Source of the DNA: Pseudogymnoascus verrucosus
Lineage: Eukaryota
DNA length: 64,000 nucleotides
Assembly (NCBI GenBank): GCA_001662655.1
Contig: KV460225.1
Strand: one strand, 5' to 3'
Each line of letters begins with the position of its first letter. The stretch's first letter is position 1. Below are positions 12,204-24,528 of this stretch, piece by piece. The position numbers and the translations under genes were made by a program. The notes under the pieces are model-generated. The model searched no databases. It was not told where the DNA came from and saw nothing but the letters and a program-made list of their open reading frames with translations.

Positions 12204-12237
12204 GATGCCCAATTCTCTTGAGTCTATGGTCATATGT
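12204..12237 (-). rRNA. 5S rRNA gene, 5' fragment (nt 1-34); includes right direct repeat 12204-12218
   Basis: Minus strand ACATATGACCATAGACTCAAGAGAATTGGGCATC. It pairs with the 3' fragment in helix I (ACAUAUGAC/GUUGUAUGU) and helix II (GACUCAAG/CUUGAGGUC, one bulge). TATA-like TATTTAG at -30 to -24. Confidence 0.92.
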
Positions 12238-12311
12238 GATTGTTATGTGCATGTCGGGAACTAAATACTAATGTTCTGTGTGTGGAAGTAGATGGTTTGA
12301 GGGCGGCGGTA

Positions 12312-12375
12312 ACATCCCCCTTAAATCGAGATAAAAAACGGCTTGTCCCCCCTCCCCTTGCTTCACCCTCGCGCG
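12312..12375 (-). repeat. Degenerate duplicate of the last 17 codons and stop of the XDH gene
   Basis: ~63-bp near-copy of 12539-12601. Confidence 0.85.
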
Positions 12376-12547
12376 TTGAATTGTATAAAATACATAACTA
12401 AAACACCACAATAGGTTAAGATTTTGCACTTAAACATACACACACATATAATTCTCACCCCCGAAACAAATCAAATCCAAAATTCATAATCCATAAAATT
12501 TTATATACAAAAAACCCCCCTCAACGATTCCACCATTTACATCCCTC

Positions 12548-15500
12548 TTAAATCGAGATAAAGAACGGCTTATCCCCCTCCCCTTGCTTGACCCTCGCGC
12601 GCTGCACAATAGGATCCACACATGCGTTCCTGATCCGCTCCGTTGTCGCGGGGCTGTCAAGGTATAACATGCCATCTTCCATCTCTGCCGATGCTTCTTG
12701 TCCTTGTGGTTGTAATGCATCGGCGGCAGGAACGTCCTCTGGGGTGGTGGTCGTCGTATCATCCGAAACGCTACTTGGCTCACTAGTCACCGGCGACTCA
12801 TCGCTCTCTCTGCTCGTGGTGTCGCCATTGCTTGCCTCACCATTCGTCGCCTCTCCATTCTCGGCATGACCGTTAGTCGCTTCACCATTCGTCGTCTCCC
12901 CAACCTCCCCATTCCCCAACCCCTTTGCCACAAACCTCCTCGCCTCAACCCCCCACTGCCTCCTCCCCGCCCGAATCGCATCCCTAATCGCAAAGAACAC
13001 CACACTGCCCAAAAACAGCGGCGGCTCCCCAACCCCCCTACTCCTCCCAATAGTCCTCAACTCCTTCCACTCCACCCCCTTCAGCAAACTAACATTAAAC
13101 GTCTGCGGCACGTCCCTAAAGCCCGGGATCTTGTAATTCCCCGGCCCGCGGGTGGCGAGCTGCCCTGCCATGGGGCCGCCGCCGAACCACAGCGACTCTT
13201 CCATCGTGAACAAGCCGACACCTTGGACGAAGGCTCCCTCAACCTGCCCGTAATCAACAGAGGGATTAATACTACGTCCAACATCCATCAGCACATCTGC
13301 ACGAATACACGTCCACGAGCCGGTAAGCGTATCGACCTCAACCTCAGCAGCAGCAACACCCTGCGTGAAGTAGAAGAACATCTTCCCCTCGTTCTTGCCC
13401 CACGTATACCCTATCTCAGGAGTACGGTAGTACCCCTGCGCGGACAGGTTGACGCGGGAGAAGTACGCGGCATGTGCGAGCTGAGCCATAGTGGCCTCGG
13501 GACCGAGCTGGGTCTTGAAAGGGGCGAGACGCTCGTTGAGCTGCGCACAGGCGTTGTAGATGGCGTAGCCGTTGAGATCGCTGGATGCGCTGGCGGCTGT
13601 GGAGGAGGTGTTGGCGACGGTGTTGGTGCCGGTTTCCGAGATATGCACGGAATCCAAGGGGACGCCGAGGGTCTCAGCAGCGACCATGCACATCTTGGTG
13701 TGCAGCCCCTGACCCATCTCAGTACCACCGTGGGCAAGCAGCACGGAACCATCGTGGTAGATGTGCACAAGCGCACCAGCCTGGTTAAGGAACAGCGCGG
13801 TGAAGGAGATACCGAACTTAGTCGGCACGATAGCAAGACCACGCTTACGCCACTTGTGAGTTTTGTTGAACTCATCGACAGCCAGACGGCGCTCCTCGTA
13901 CTTGGAGTTCTTGCGAACCTGGTCATACATAAGGGGTACATGCCAGTCCTGCAGCGCCTGGTTGAAGTGCGTGATCTCCATAGGCTTGTACATGTTGATC
14001 TCCCGCAGCCTCTCAGCTGGGATACCGAGCCTGTCTGCTGCCTCTTCAATGTACGTCTCTGCAACGAAAAGACCCTGGGGTCCACCAAAGCCACGGAAAG
14101 CGGAGTTGGACATAGTGTTAGTGCGCGCGATACGGCCACGTACGTGTACATTCGGGATGGCATAGCAACCATCAATATGGGAGAGAGCGCGTTCACAGAC
14201 AGCTCCACTGAGATCCTGCGTCCAGCCACCGTTGCAGACAACCTCCGCGTCGAGGGCCTGAAGCTTGCCATCGCTGTTGATGGCGATCTTCCACTTCGTG
14301 AGGAAGGGATGGCGCTGGCCACTGGTCATCATGTCTTCGTCGCGGTTAAGCATGCAGCGCACAGGCCGTCCCGTCTTCTTCGCAGCGAGCGCCATGATAG
14401 AACTCAGTTGCACCGAACGGGTTTCCTTGCCCCCAAAGCCGCCACCAAGACGCTTGACTCGGCAGACGACCTTGTTGTTGGCGACATTGCAGACCTGTGC
14501 GACATATGCTTGCCTGTTCTCGTTAGTACTGAGATATATCTCATAAAAATGGATTACTTACGTCTCTGTCGGGTTCTGCGTACAAGCAAAAACCTCCATC
14601 TCGCCATCTTCCGGCTTCGGTATAGCGACACAGGCATTAGTCTCAAGGTAGAAATGCTCCTGACCTCCCATCCTCGTCGTGCCAGAGATGACATGATCCG
14701 CCTCCGCAAACGCCTTCTCCGTGTCCCCAGTCTTGATGAACCTGAACTGCTCGAAGTAGCTCTCCTTCTCAATAGCCTCTTCGATAGTATAGATAGCAGG
14801 CAGCTCTTCATACTGTATCTTGACTGCCCTCGCACCAGCAGCAGCCTCGTTTGCCGTACTGGCGAGGATAACACCAATAGGCTGACCACAGGTAAAGACC
14901 TCATTTACAGCGAAGAACACCTCATCTCTCACCGGTGCACCCCACCAGTTCGCCTCGGGGCTGGGCATATCCGTATGATCCAGATAGTCCACCACACCAG
15001 GCAACTCCAAAGCCGCCGACGTATCAACAGATATGAGTTTCGCCCGCGCCTTCGTCGAAAGGACCAGACACCCGTACAACTCATTCCTCTGGACCGGGAT
15101 ATCATCAGTATACTGCGCCTGCCCCGTACACTGCTTCAGCGCAGCAACATGCGGCTGCGCGCGACCCATAATCATCTTCTCATACGCAGCCGTAGCATCG
15201 TGATCCTGCTCACCACGCGAAATCTCACGCTCAATCTCACCAACGGCCTCAAGATCCGCACCATCGTTGCCGAGCTTGATGAGCACCTCGTGGTAGAAGC
15301 GGTAGAAGAAGCTCATTGCGAGGGTCTTGCGGTAGGTCGCCATTCCACCTGGAACGCCGAACTTGAGATCAAAGTCCTGCTCGAGGGCGCCCATGACGCC
15401 TTCAAGCGTTGCCGGATCTGTCCACTTCTTGCCAATGAGGAAAGTGTCCGCCTTCTTCGCTGAGATGGTGAGAGGCGCCATTCCGCCGTAGACGAGGTTG

Positions 15501-16995
15501 GCGCTCTCAACTTCGTGGGTCTCGCTGAGTTTGACTCGGAGGGCAGCAGTGACGATAGCAATATCATCATCCTTCCTCTTCGCCTGCTTATACGCACTGG
15601 TATACTCGTTCGTCGCCGTGACAGGAATCCGAAGACTAGCGATGATCGCGCCCGCCGGGAGCGCAGTGGTACGATATGACTTGAAGAACTCCGTCATCGG
15701 GATCTCCGTATCCTCTTCTAGAGTTTTCGCAACCAAGGTAGCATTCGCAGCAACAAGCACAGGGTTCAGATCACTGATCGGACTCGCCGTCGCCAGATTA
15801 CCCGCCGGCGTCCCAACATTCCTAATCTGCCTTCCGGCGAAGAACTGCAGCTGCCTGTGCATATTCGTAAACACCTGTCCCTTCTCAGGTCCATAATGCT
15901 CAACAGCCTTCAGCGCAATGGCTTCCAGGTCCGTCAGCGTGATGTTGCCGCCAATCTCTAGATGATCGTCATGGAACTCAAACTTTCGCAGTTCCGGGAT
16001 ATCTCCAACGAACACCGAGGCCGAGTACTGCATAGCCTTGAACTTAATCTCAATCTGCGTCTCACTGCTACCTCCAATAATCTTGGCGGACGGCAGCGCA
16101 TGCTTGATGCGCAGGAGTTGGTCCACAGTGACGGGGCGGTACCAGCGCTTCCGCTTATTACCGAACGTCAACGGCTTGAACTCGTACTTGGTGAGGGCGG
16201 GCGGGAAGATGAGTTGGGTGTCGGGGTTATACTCGATGAACCCAGGCGGCGTGAAGCGCTTGATCGGCTGGTCGTCGTCGGCGGGCTTGCTCTGACAGCA
16301 TCCACCACCTCCCTCCTTCTCCATGCAGCATCCGCCACCGCCGTTGGTCTTGGCCTTTGCACATCCAGTCTCGGCGCTGAATGTACGCGCCGCTTCCAGG
16401 ATAGGCCTGTACCCCGTGCAGCGGCACAGGTTGCCGTCAAATGCTTCCTCGATGGAATGCTCAGTAGGTTGATCTTCATTCCGTAGCAGCGCATATAGAC
16501 TCATCACAATACCAGGAGTACAGAACTGTGATACCGTTAGCAACGCCCCCATATATCTCTCACACCAGGAAAGGAGAAACTTACCCCGCATTGACTCCCA
16601 TTCCCCTTCGCAATGCGCTCTTGCACAGCATGCGGCCTCTCAACATTTCCAATCCCCTCCACCGTAATAACATGCTTGCCATCCACACTCACAAGCGGCG
16701 CCAGACACGCATTAACGCTGGCATGGTATATCTTCTTCGTCGTAGGATTCCACTGACTAACAACGACAGTGCACGCGCCACATCCGCCCTCCGAACATCC
16801 CAGCTTGGTGCCGGTGAGTCCAATGCCACGGAGATACTCGAGCAGGGTGATTTCAGGGTCGATGTTGTCGAGATTGACGCGGGTGCCGTTCAGGAAGAAG
16901 CGGAGGGTTGTGTCGTAGAAAGCGGTCACGTCGGCGAGGTTTGTGGATGCCTCGGCGGGGGCGGCGGGGGTGGGAGAGACGGCACTGGGCGCCAT
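12548..16995 (-). CDS. hxA: Xanthine dehydrogenase (molybdo-flavoenzyme)
   Basis: 2Fe-2S motifs [18 protein letters not shown] and [12 protein letters not shown] domain; Moco motifs [16 protein letters not shown] and GVGEPP. Exons 16995-16585, 16525-14562 and 14513-12548. Confidence 0.96.
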
Positions 16996-17384
16996 GGCTG
17001 ATAAGAGTTTGGGATAGTAGTTGGCGTTGGTGTTTGTTTATACCCGCGTGAGGCGTCGAGGGTCGCTGTCTCACTCACTCGACTGACAAAGCAAGGGTTG
17101 GAGTAAGAGTGAGACACGGGGGTATCACGAACGAACAACGAAGGGCTGGGTATATATATATAGATACAAGTGCATCAGAACAGGTGATATGAGAGGGTGA
17201 GGAGCATGGCTGGACGCGCAATTGATATATGTATAAAATGGGGGAAATAAGAAGAATGAGGGGAACGGAAATATTAGGAAAGAGAGGAGAGAATAGTTTT
17301 TAGTCAGTGTGTTGATAATGAGGGGTGGAGAGAAGAGGAGTAGTTTCTTTTTGATGGCATTGCCACTTTCGGTGTGGGGAGAGC

Positions 17385-17431
17385 TCCGATAAGATATGCG
17401 CGGCGATAAAGTACAAGGCGGCGACCTCCGA
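17385..17431 (-). promoter_or_regulatory. Candidate UaY-like site with adjacent GATA sites upstream of XDH
   Basis: TCGG-N6-CCGC (minus strand, 17431-17418) is one mismatch from TCGG-N6-CCGA; GATAAG and GATAAA lie at ~17388 and ~17404. Confidence 0.4.
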
Positions 17432-17620
17432 CTTTGTGCCTTACCTGAAGTTGTCTAGCGTGGGTGGCACGTGATGTATAGTATATTGAGTCACGTGTAG
17501 GTAGCTCCCCAACACCGACGAGGTGAGAAATGAAGAAGTAGGAAAGAAGAAAACGAAAAATGAGAGAGAGACTCAAAATTCAAGGTCGATACTGATGTTA
17601 AAGCCCTCTTTCCCGCATAA

Positions 17621-18619
17621 TCAGTCCCCAGTCTCACGCATTTTGTTCGTAACCTTTTCCAGCACCATACGGCCGAGGCTGACGTGAGCTGTCTGTTCCC
17701 CCCAAGGGATATCTCGCTGCTCTTCATCCCTGAACGTTGTATTCGCGAACCATGCATCTCGGAGATATTCTTCCCGCTCCTGCGGATCCTTGCCGATATC
17801 TGCCACTTTCCCCGCATACTTAATAGTCATAGCGTTGAGGAGCAGACGACACACTCGGCCGTTGCCATCCTCGAAGGGATGGATACACACAAACGCCGTG
17901 GAAAGCCGGCAAGCAAAGTCGATAGCGTTGATTTCCCCGGTCTTCTCCGCTGTCTTTATTCGCTCGTTGTGTTCCCCAACGAGGTTTCTCATAAAGAGCT
18001 TCACGGATTTGCCGCGGACGAATTTCGAGGAGAAGAGCGGGACTTGCTTCCTCTGGGGGACAGGTCGGTTCGGTTTTAGCCGCTTGCAGTCTTGGACTCG
18101 TTTTTTGTATTCTTCGTCTGTTTCAAGGCGGAGTCCATGGCTTGCTCCCTCGTCCGACTCTCTGTAGGTGCCTCCTGACGCTTGGTGTTCCGAAAAGCGC
18201 ATGAGGATCCGATGTGTCTCCTTTATGATATCTTCGTCGAGAGGGACATCTTGTAGCACGATCGTGTCAAAGAGGTGCTTTGCAGCTAGTGCATGCTGGA
18301 CAATCTCGTGTCTTGAGCGCATGACAGATTGTAAGTCCGTTGCCCGACCGCTTGAAGAAAGGTGATCAAGCTCGAGTGTGTATTCGTCAGATCCCTCGTC
18401 AATGTCTTCGATGTTTGGTATCTTGCCGCTGAAAACTTGGCGACAAAACCGATCTGTAACTCCGATGGCCCCTCCTACCACCTCGATTGCATTGCTCCCA
18501 AATATTACATCGCTGAGTCTGGAGATAATAGTGTCTGACAGTTTCCTGGGTGCTGTTGGGCCGCTTTCTTGGCTCAGTTTCTGGCAGGGTCGTGTCTGCC
18601 TGTTCGCTGCCGATGCCAT
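17621..18619 (-). CDS. Fic/Doc-domain protein (putative AMPylase)
   Basis: Complete Fic motif HPFEDGNGRVCR, upstream I.E.H..LM...GG.YR segment; intronless 332 aa. Confidence 0.9.
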   Translation of the reverse strand: MASAANRQTRPCQKLSQESGPTAPRKLSDTIISRLSDVIFGSNAIEVVGGAIGVTDRFCRQVFSGKIPNIEDIDEGSDEYTLELDHLSSSGRATDLQSVMRSRHEIVQHALAAKHLFDTIVLQDVPLDEDIIKETHRILMRFSEHQASGGTYRESDEGASHGLRLETDEEYKKRVQDCKRLKPNRPVPQRKQVPLFSSKFVRGKSVKLFMRNLVGEHNERIKTAEKTGEINAIDFACRLSTAFVCIHPFEDGNGRVCRLLLNAMTIKYAGKVADIGKDPQEREEYLRDAWFANTTFRDEEQRDIPWGEQTAHVSLGRMVLEKVTNKMRETGD

Positions 18620-20866
18620 CTTTTCAGCTTTACAGTAACTGTTTATAAAACCGGGAATGTATCCTGTTGGTGTTACATGGAAAGATGGGTGACTGTAAAA
18701 CTTATAATAATCTCTGGTTATTGTGAGTTTATTGGAAGTTCAGTAAACGCTAGTAACTGTTCATTCGACAAGAAGTACGAAATAAGGTACTAATAATCCC
18801 CTGATTTTTAACTTACGATAAGCTAAATTCCATACTATAATTCATCCCATACTAAATTACACACTAAATATATAAAAATATAAAACTGGAAGGAGCGAGT
18901 TGTATATATATACTATGACCTATACTATGACCATTATGAAGCAAGGGAAGGAGCCATCCTAGAGTCAATGCACCTGCCAAGTCTCTCATCAATTACAACG
19001 CCTTGGCCAAACTTGGTCGCTAGCGTAAATGTTTTCGAGATCGATTCCCCTCCCGAGCCTACTGTCGGAGAGTAACTCTTCTCATCGCTTTGAGTCTTAC
19101 TTACCGGGAGAACTTACCGGGAGAACTTACCGGGAGATCATCGTCTGCTGGGATCATAGCATCTACACGTGATTTGTCGTATTTGAGATACTCGTATCAC
19201 GTGATTCACCGCCCCACAAATCGGGCATCCATCCCGCATCCCACACCTGTCCCACTTCCACCACCCACTTTTGTGCCCACATAACACGCCTGCGATTGTC
19301 AGCAATTCTGCCACTACGCACATGCTAAATGCAGACACACTCGTGGTCCTAGCCGTGGATGCTATCTTATCTTCACAGATAGCTAGAGAGTAGGGAAGAT
19401 AGAGTCCGTATGCGTATATACGCATGCAGTGGGTAGTATTTATATAGTATTTATTCTCTTCCGGTTAAGATGCTCCCGGATTACTCTGTAGAAATGAAGA
19501 TGAAGATATACTCTGTATATATTCTATGGTGCAATCGGCGTGAAAAAATACGATTGTGGCAAACTGAAACTGGACGCACGCGACCACTATCCACTTGCGG
19601 TGCTCGTGGGGTGCTGGTGGGGTGCTGGTTGCGCCGTAGCTAAGGTTAGGACGGTTAGTTCCGGTGAGCAAGGTAAGGTTAGTACGGGTAAGTAAAGTCT
19701 TCCATGTATAGTAGTATAGTAGTGAAAAGCCGATGTGAAAAGCCAATGTTTTGTTGGAACTACTGTAAACTATAGTAGTATGCTGTAGTATGTTGTAGTA
19801 TGGTTATAGTACGGAGTAGTTGACTATAGTAGCATAGCAGTTACGCACAGGGCGCGCGTTTATCTGCCCACGTTGTTGCATACGGCACTCTCGTAGGGCA
19901 ATAGATCGGCCTCGGCCACAGACTGCATGTCAGTCCTGCCTTACAATGGTACTAGTAGCGAGTCTAGCAGGGAATCTAGTAGGGAATCTAGTAGGGAATC
20001 TAGTAGATTCAGTCTAGTAGTGAGTCTAGTAGTACGCTACAGCAGTGACGCCTTACTTATGTGGAGTTATGGAGACAACAGGCAGGAACAGGGAGGGAAA
20101 ACGGGAGACAATATGGAGACGGTTTACGAGTCCGACGCTACGCTACTGCCATACTCTACTACGGAGTACACTCTGTCTCCCCGACTCTATGTTACCTCCA
20201 TACTCTACTCTACCGATAAGCGGAGGAGGCAGAATGGTTATGCGGGCGGGTGATGGCGATAGTGGCCCGTCCTCCGCCGGAAGAATATGGTGGGCGCCGA
20301 CGGCCAAAAAACGTGACAGGCCGTGCACGTGAATTTACCCAGGGTGTATTTCGTCTTGTGTCGTCATCATGATTCTACAGCACGCTACACCACAGCACAG
20401 CCACCAATATAAACAAATCCGGTCTCTCTACAGTACCTATAGCATCTAAAACACACACATAAAATTAAATCCAGCTATCCAACTACTACCTACCCCTCCT
20501 TGCAAAGCCGAAAATGAAAACATAAAAAACTAAAATCCGATATTGTTCGTTGGGTTGGTTCCTTATCGTCCAACAGCCACGCCGAGATTCTCCCACCCCA
20601 CTACCCAAAACATCTTAGCCTTGTTTGGCGTAGATTAGCCGATCAAGGGTCAAGGGCGCAAGGATCAACTAACAAGGGTCTCCACCCCCAGCCGCCGACG
20701 CAAGTCCTCCACCCGCAGTATCTCTCCCCGACGCCGGCAAACTCCCAATCGAATAACTTCAGCATCCTCTATTTCTCTCTCCTTTTACCTTCTTCTTCCT
20801 CCTCCGTCCTAATTTTACTGCTCGACCACCACCACAACCACTGCTGCTTCTACTACAGCTGCATCA

Positions 20867-22691
20867 ATGAAGTATGGCCAAGCTCTTTACGAGCGCAGCG
20901 TCCCTCAATGGGCGCCTTGTATGTTCCCCGCCTTCCAATCCCCATCCAAACAGTCATAGTAACCACGACGACCGATAAAAAAACCGCCAAACTAACAATT
21001 CCTCTCAAATCACCAGATAACATCGACTACAACGAGCTAAAGTCTCTCATCCGCACGCACACCACCCCGCCCCCAGGCTCGTCGCACTCCAACACCAGCC
21101 AGCCCGTCGCGATACCCGGCCAGGCCGACGAGGCACTGTCATGCTTCGAGGCACGCTTTGCGAGGGAGCTGGGGGCGCAGCATGCGAGGGTTGATTTGTT
21201 CGTGAGGAGCAAGGCGGATGAGTTTCACAGGCGATTGAGTAAGTGCTTTTTATTTTCGTTGGGTGTACGTCGTCGTCATGGATTGCTGGGTTCGGGTATA
21301 CCGAGGGTAGAGGTAGATAGTGGAATTGAGAGGGCAGATAAGGGATTGGAGACTAGAAATTGGGAATTGGGTAATTGAACTAGGCTGACAGTACGAAATA
21401 GGTGACTACGAACAGAAACTGATCCGACTTATTGCTCGTGGAGACCCGGAGAGTGGAGGGATAATGACGGCGAGGAGGAGGGAAAGACTCGCGAGATTGG
21501 AGACGAGAGTTTTACGGTTAGTCTTCCCCCCTGGTTCTATATGGTGATGGGCAGTGGCTATGGACAGTTGAGATGTCCAAGAGCATTGTTCAATTGCCAA
21601 TGGAAACGAACAAAAACACTGGGCGGCACTTGGCAATTGGCAAAGAACTGGACACTGCCCATAGCCGACACACAACACAACACCCATCCACGAACCAACA
21701 CTAACAACCACCCAGCTGCACAGACGACATCCGCAACCTCGACCGCTTCATCCAAGCCCAACGCATCGGCTTCCAAAAGATCCTCAAAAAATACCGCAAA
21801 TGGACCGGCTCCCCCACCCTCCCCCGCCTCACCGACCCCTTCCTCTCCCCCACAACATCCTTCACCCACCTCTCCCTCCTCCCCCTCCTAACCGCCTTCA
21901 CCGACCTCAGCACCCGCATCGCCGCCTTCTCCCCTCCCCCATCCTCGACAAGCACGCCCCTCACCCTCTCCCGCCGCTCCTCGCAACCCCTCCCCCACTC
22001 CCCCGTCGCAGCGCGCAATAAAGCCGTCCAAACAGCCGCATACTGGAACGAATACGACTACCCCAGCGACGGCGGCGGCGCCGAAGAACCATACACCATC
22101 GCCTTCGACGCCACCGCCGACGACAGCGCTTTCCCAGGCCAACAACGCATGGCCAAGGCTCTTGCCTACATCGGCGAAAAAACAGCCGTGCTGGGGTGGT
22201 TCCGTCCCACCTCCTCGGGGGGGGAATCTTCTTCCAAGGGAGAACGCCGCGCTTTACTCGGTAGCAGCGGCCGTACCTCTGATCTGGAGACGGGAGAAGA
22301 GGAGGACTTCGAAGATTACGACGCTGAGGGTTTTCCACTCGGTTATGAGACGCATTACGCTACGTTCCCGTCGATCGCTACGCAGCGACTTACTGCGCAG
22401 AGGAGTAGACTGCTCTTGCTCGCGCTGGTGGCGTGTTATACTTCTTCCTCGCTGCTGATGGGGATTAGCGGCATCTTGGTTGCGACTGGACGCAACAGGT
22501 TGAGAGCTGAAGTCGACGCAGGGGTGATTGCTGGTGTGGTGGCTGCCCTCGGGTTCGTGGGCGTGGGTGTTAGAGTCGGTGCTTTGAGATGGGAGGAAGC
22601 AGGTGTGTGGGAGAAAGTCGGAGTTGTCGTCGGGTTCGTGGCCGGGTGTATGGTGGGAGGCGGGTTGTTGGTAGGTGTTATGGGCGGCTGA
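20867..22691 (+). CDS. SPX-domain protein with C-terminal transmembrane helices
   Basis: MKYGQ.L..RSVPQWAP..IDYNELK and N..GFQKILKKYRKW SPX motifs; several introns; three hydrophobic C-terminal segments. Confidence 0.85.
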
Positions 22692-23669
22692 TGATACCTG
22701 CCGTACCAGAGACGATTTTGATATCTTGGAGTTTTGCGAGGGGGGTTTGTTTTTTTGGGTAGCGGACAGCGTCAGGATGTGGGAAAGGGGGGGGAGGGAA
22801 TTTTTGGTGTCTTTTTTAGAGGACGTACAAGATGGGAGGGATGTACATACGCCACGATACGATGATGATATATATAGGGAAGCCACACCGCTACTGGGCG
22901 TTTTTTTTTGTTGGATATTTGAGTTTTTTTAGCGCTGCGAGGAGGAGGAGGGTGGTGGGGGGACTGGGCTGGCTGGCTGGGGATGAGAGGGGTGTGTAGA
23001 ATACCGAGCAGGGGAGATGATATATGGGTTTGAGCGATCTGATGGTGACGGGTGGGGGGTGTATATCATGAATTGAGATGTTAAGATATTTACTGGATGA
23101 CTTACTGGCGGTGGTGAGGGGGATGTGTGTGTGGTGTGGGATTGTGATGTTGTGAAGTTTATGAGATGGGGGTTGGTGGGGTGGAGATGAAAAAGAGGTG
23201 TTATGGGATTCGACTTTCGAGAGGCTTGAGGGGTGAGGTGAGAGGTGCTTTTCCCACTTTGATTTACTGTATTAGTCTTTGCCCTTTCTCTCGACTTCAC
23301 TTCCATGCCTACTTCACCTCCCGACACACCAACGGTGGCACCACACAAAAGTTTTGTGCTGCGGAGTTTTCTCATCAACTCTCTCTCCTTCTGAAGAAGA
23401 TTGGAAGACTCGAGGTCATTTTGATCTCAGCTTCACATCTCAACTCGCTCACTTCACTGCATTGCTGCTTTGGTTAACCTTCTCGATCACTGGCAACGAG
23501 ATATTCTCGCGCTGGCGGTTTGAGAGAGACATTATCGATCTTGGATCTGTGAGTCGGTGGCGGAGAGTTTTGGCATCTACTGCCTGCTCTCTGAACCGGG
23601 TTTCTGCTTCTTTCCTTCTCCAGGCTCCGTTGGATACTCGAGGTTGTTATCTTCCTCCAACTCTATCAC

Positions 23670-24020
23670 GAACTTGAGCTTCTACCTTCCTTCAGCTTGA
23701 TCACAGACTTGTTGCTACTTTCCTCCCGCAAGTCTACTACAGACTTGTGCTGCTGTCTTCCTTCAACTCCTTCAACCCCATCACACATTTCCTAATACTC
23801 CATTGCGGACCTGAGCTGCCTTCCTCCTCCTACCTCAACACAAACCTGGGCTGCTTTCTTTCGTCAACTCCATTGAAGGCTGAGCTGCTTTCTTCTTACT
23901 TCCCTATTGCAGACCTGAGCTGCTTTCCTGCTTGAACTCCATCACAGACTTCGAGCTGCTTTCCTTCTTCAACTCCATCAGACTTCAAGCTGTCTTCCTC
24001 CTTCAACCCCATCAAAGACG
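23670..24020 (+). repeat. Degenerate ~36-bp tandem repeat (~8-10 units)
   Basis: Recurring AGACYTGAGCTGCTTTCYT..TYAACTCCAT units. Confidence 0.7.
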
Positions 24021-24528
24021 TGGAGGCTACCGACTACCGTCTGTCTCGCCGCTGTTGGTGGGAGAGACCTTTCAAATCAAGGTGTGGACAAACTCAGTCC
24101 AGTAGGTTCACTCAATTTTTACTCTCATATATCGGAAAGCCAACAGGTATGTAGCAAGTTTGAGTTCATTTACATCTGGATTTCACCCTCATTGTGTCAT
24201 TTTCACTCCTCATATCTCATTTGCTTTAACAAAGCTCTGTTAACACTGCTCAAGTAGTTCACAGTTGGTTCAGCTCACTCCATAACGGGAGAAAGACGAC
24301 TTCACAAGACCAGTTCGTTTGCAAAGCTCGAAGTTCCATCTACAGACAGCTCCGTCTTCACACATATCTCAACCAAGAAACAACATCACAGACAACTCGC
24401 TCGACATTCGCACACACCTACCATCGCACTTCCAATCATCCACTCCACAGATCTACCAGAAGCTTTCTCGGCGTCAACTCATCCAAAGTCACCTCAATCA
24501 ACATCTATCAGCCACCCAGCCACCAACT

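Larger units (their letters stand above)
7700..12218. mobile_element. Non-autonomous 4.5-kb element inserted in a 5S rRNA gene, carrying HET and pseudokinase-ZnF genes
   Basis: Splits a 5S gene. Exact 15-bp direct repeats at 7700-7714 and 12204-12218, imperfect terminal inverted arms, visibly more AT-rich than the flanking genes. No mobility gene recognised. Confidence 0.85.

Noticed and set aside
12866..15463. 865-aa plus-strand ORF
   Set aside because: Antisense shadow of the GC3-rich XDH coding sequence; no recognisable domain.
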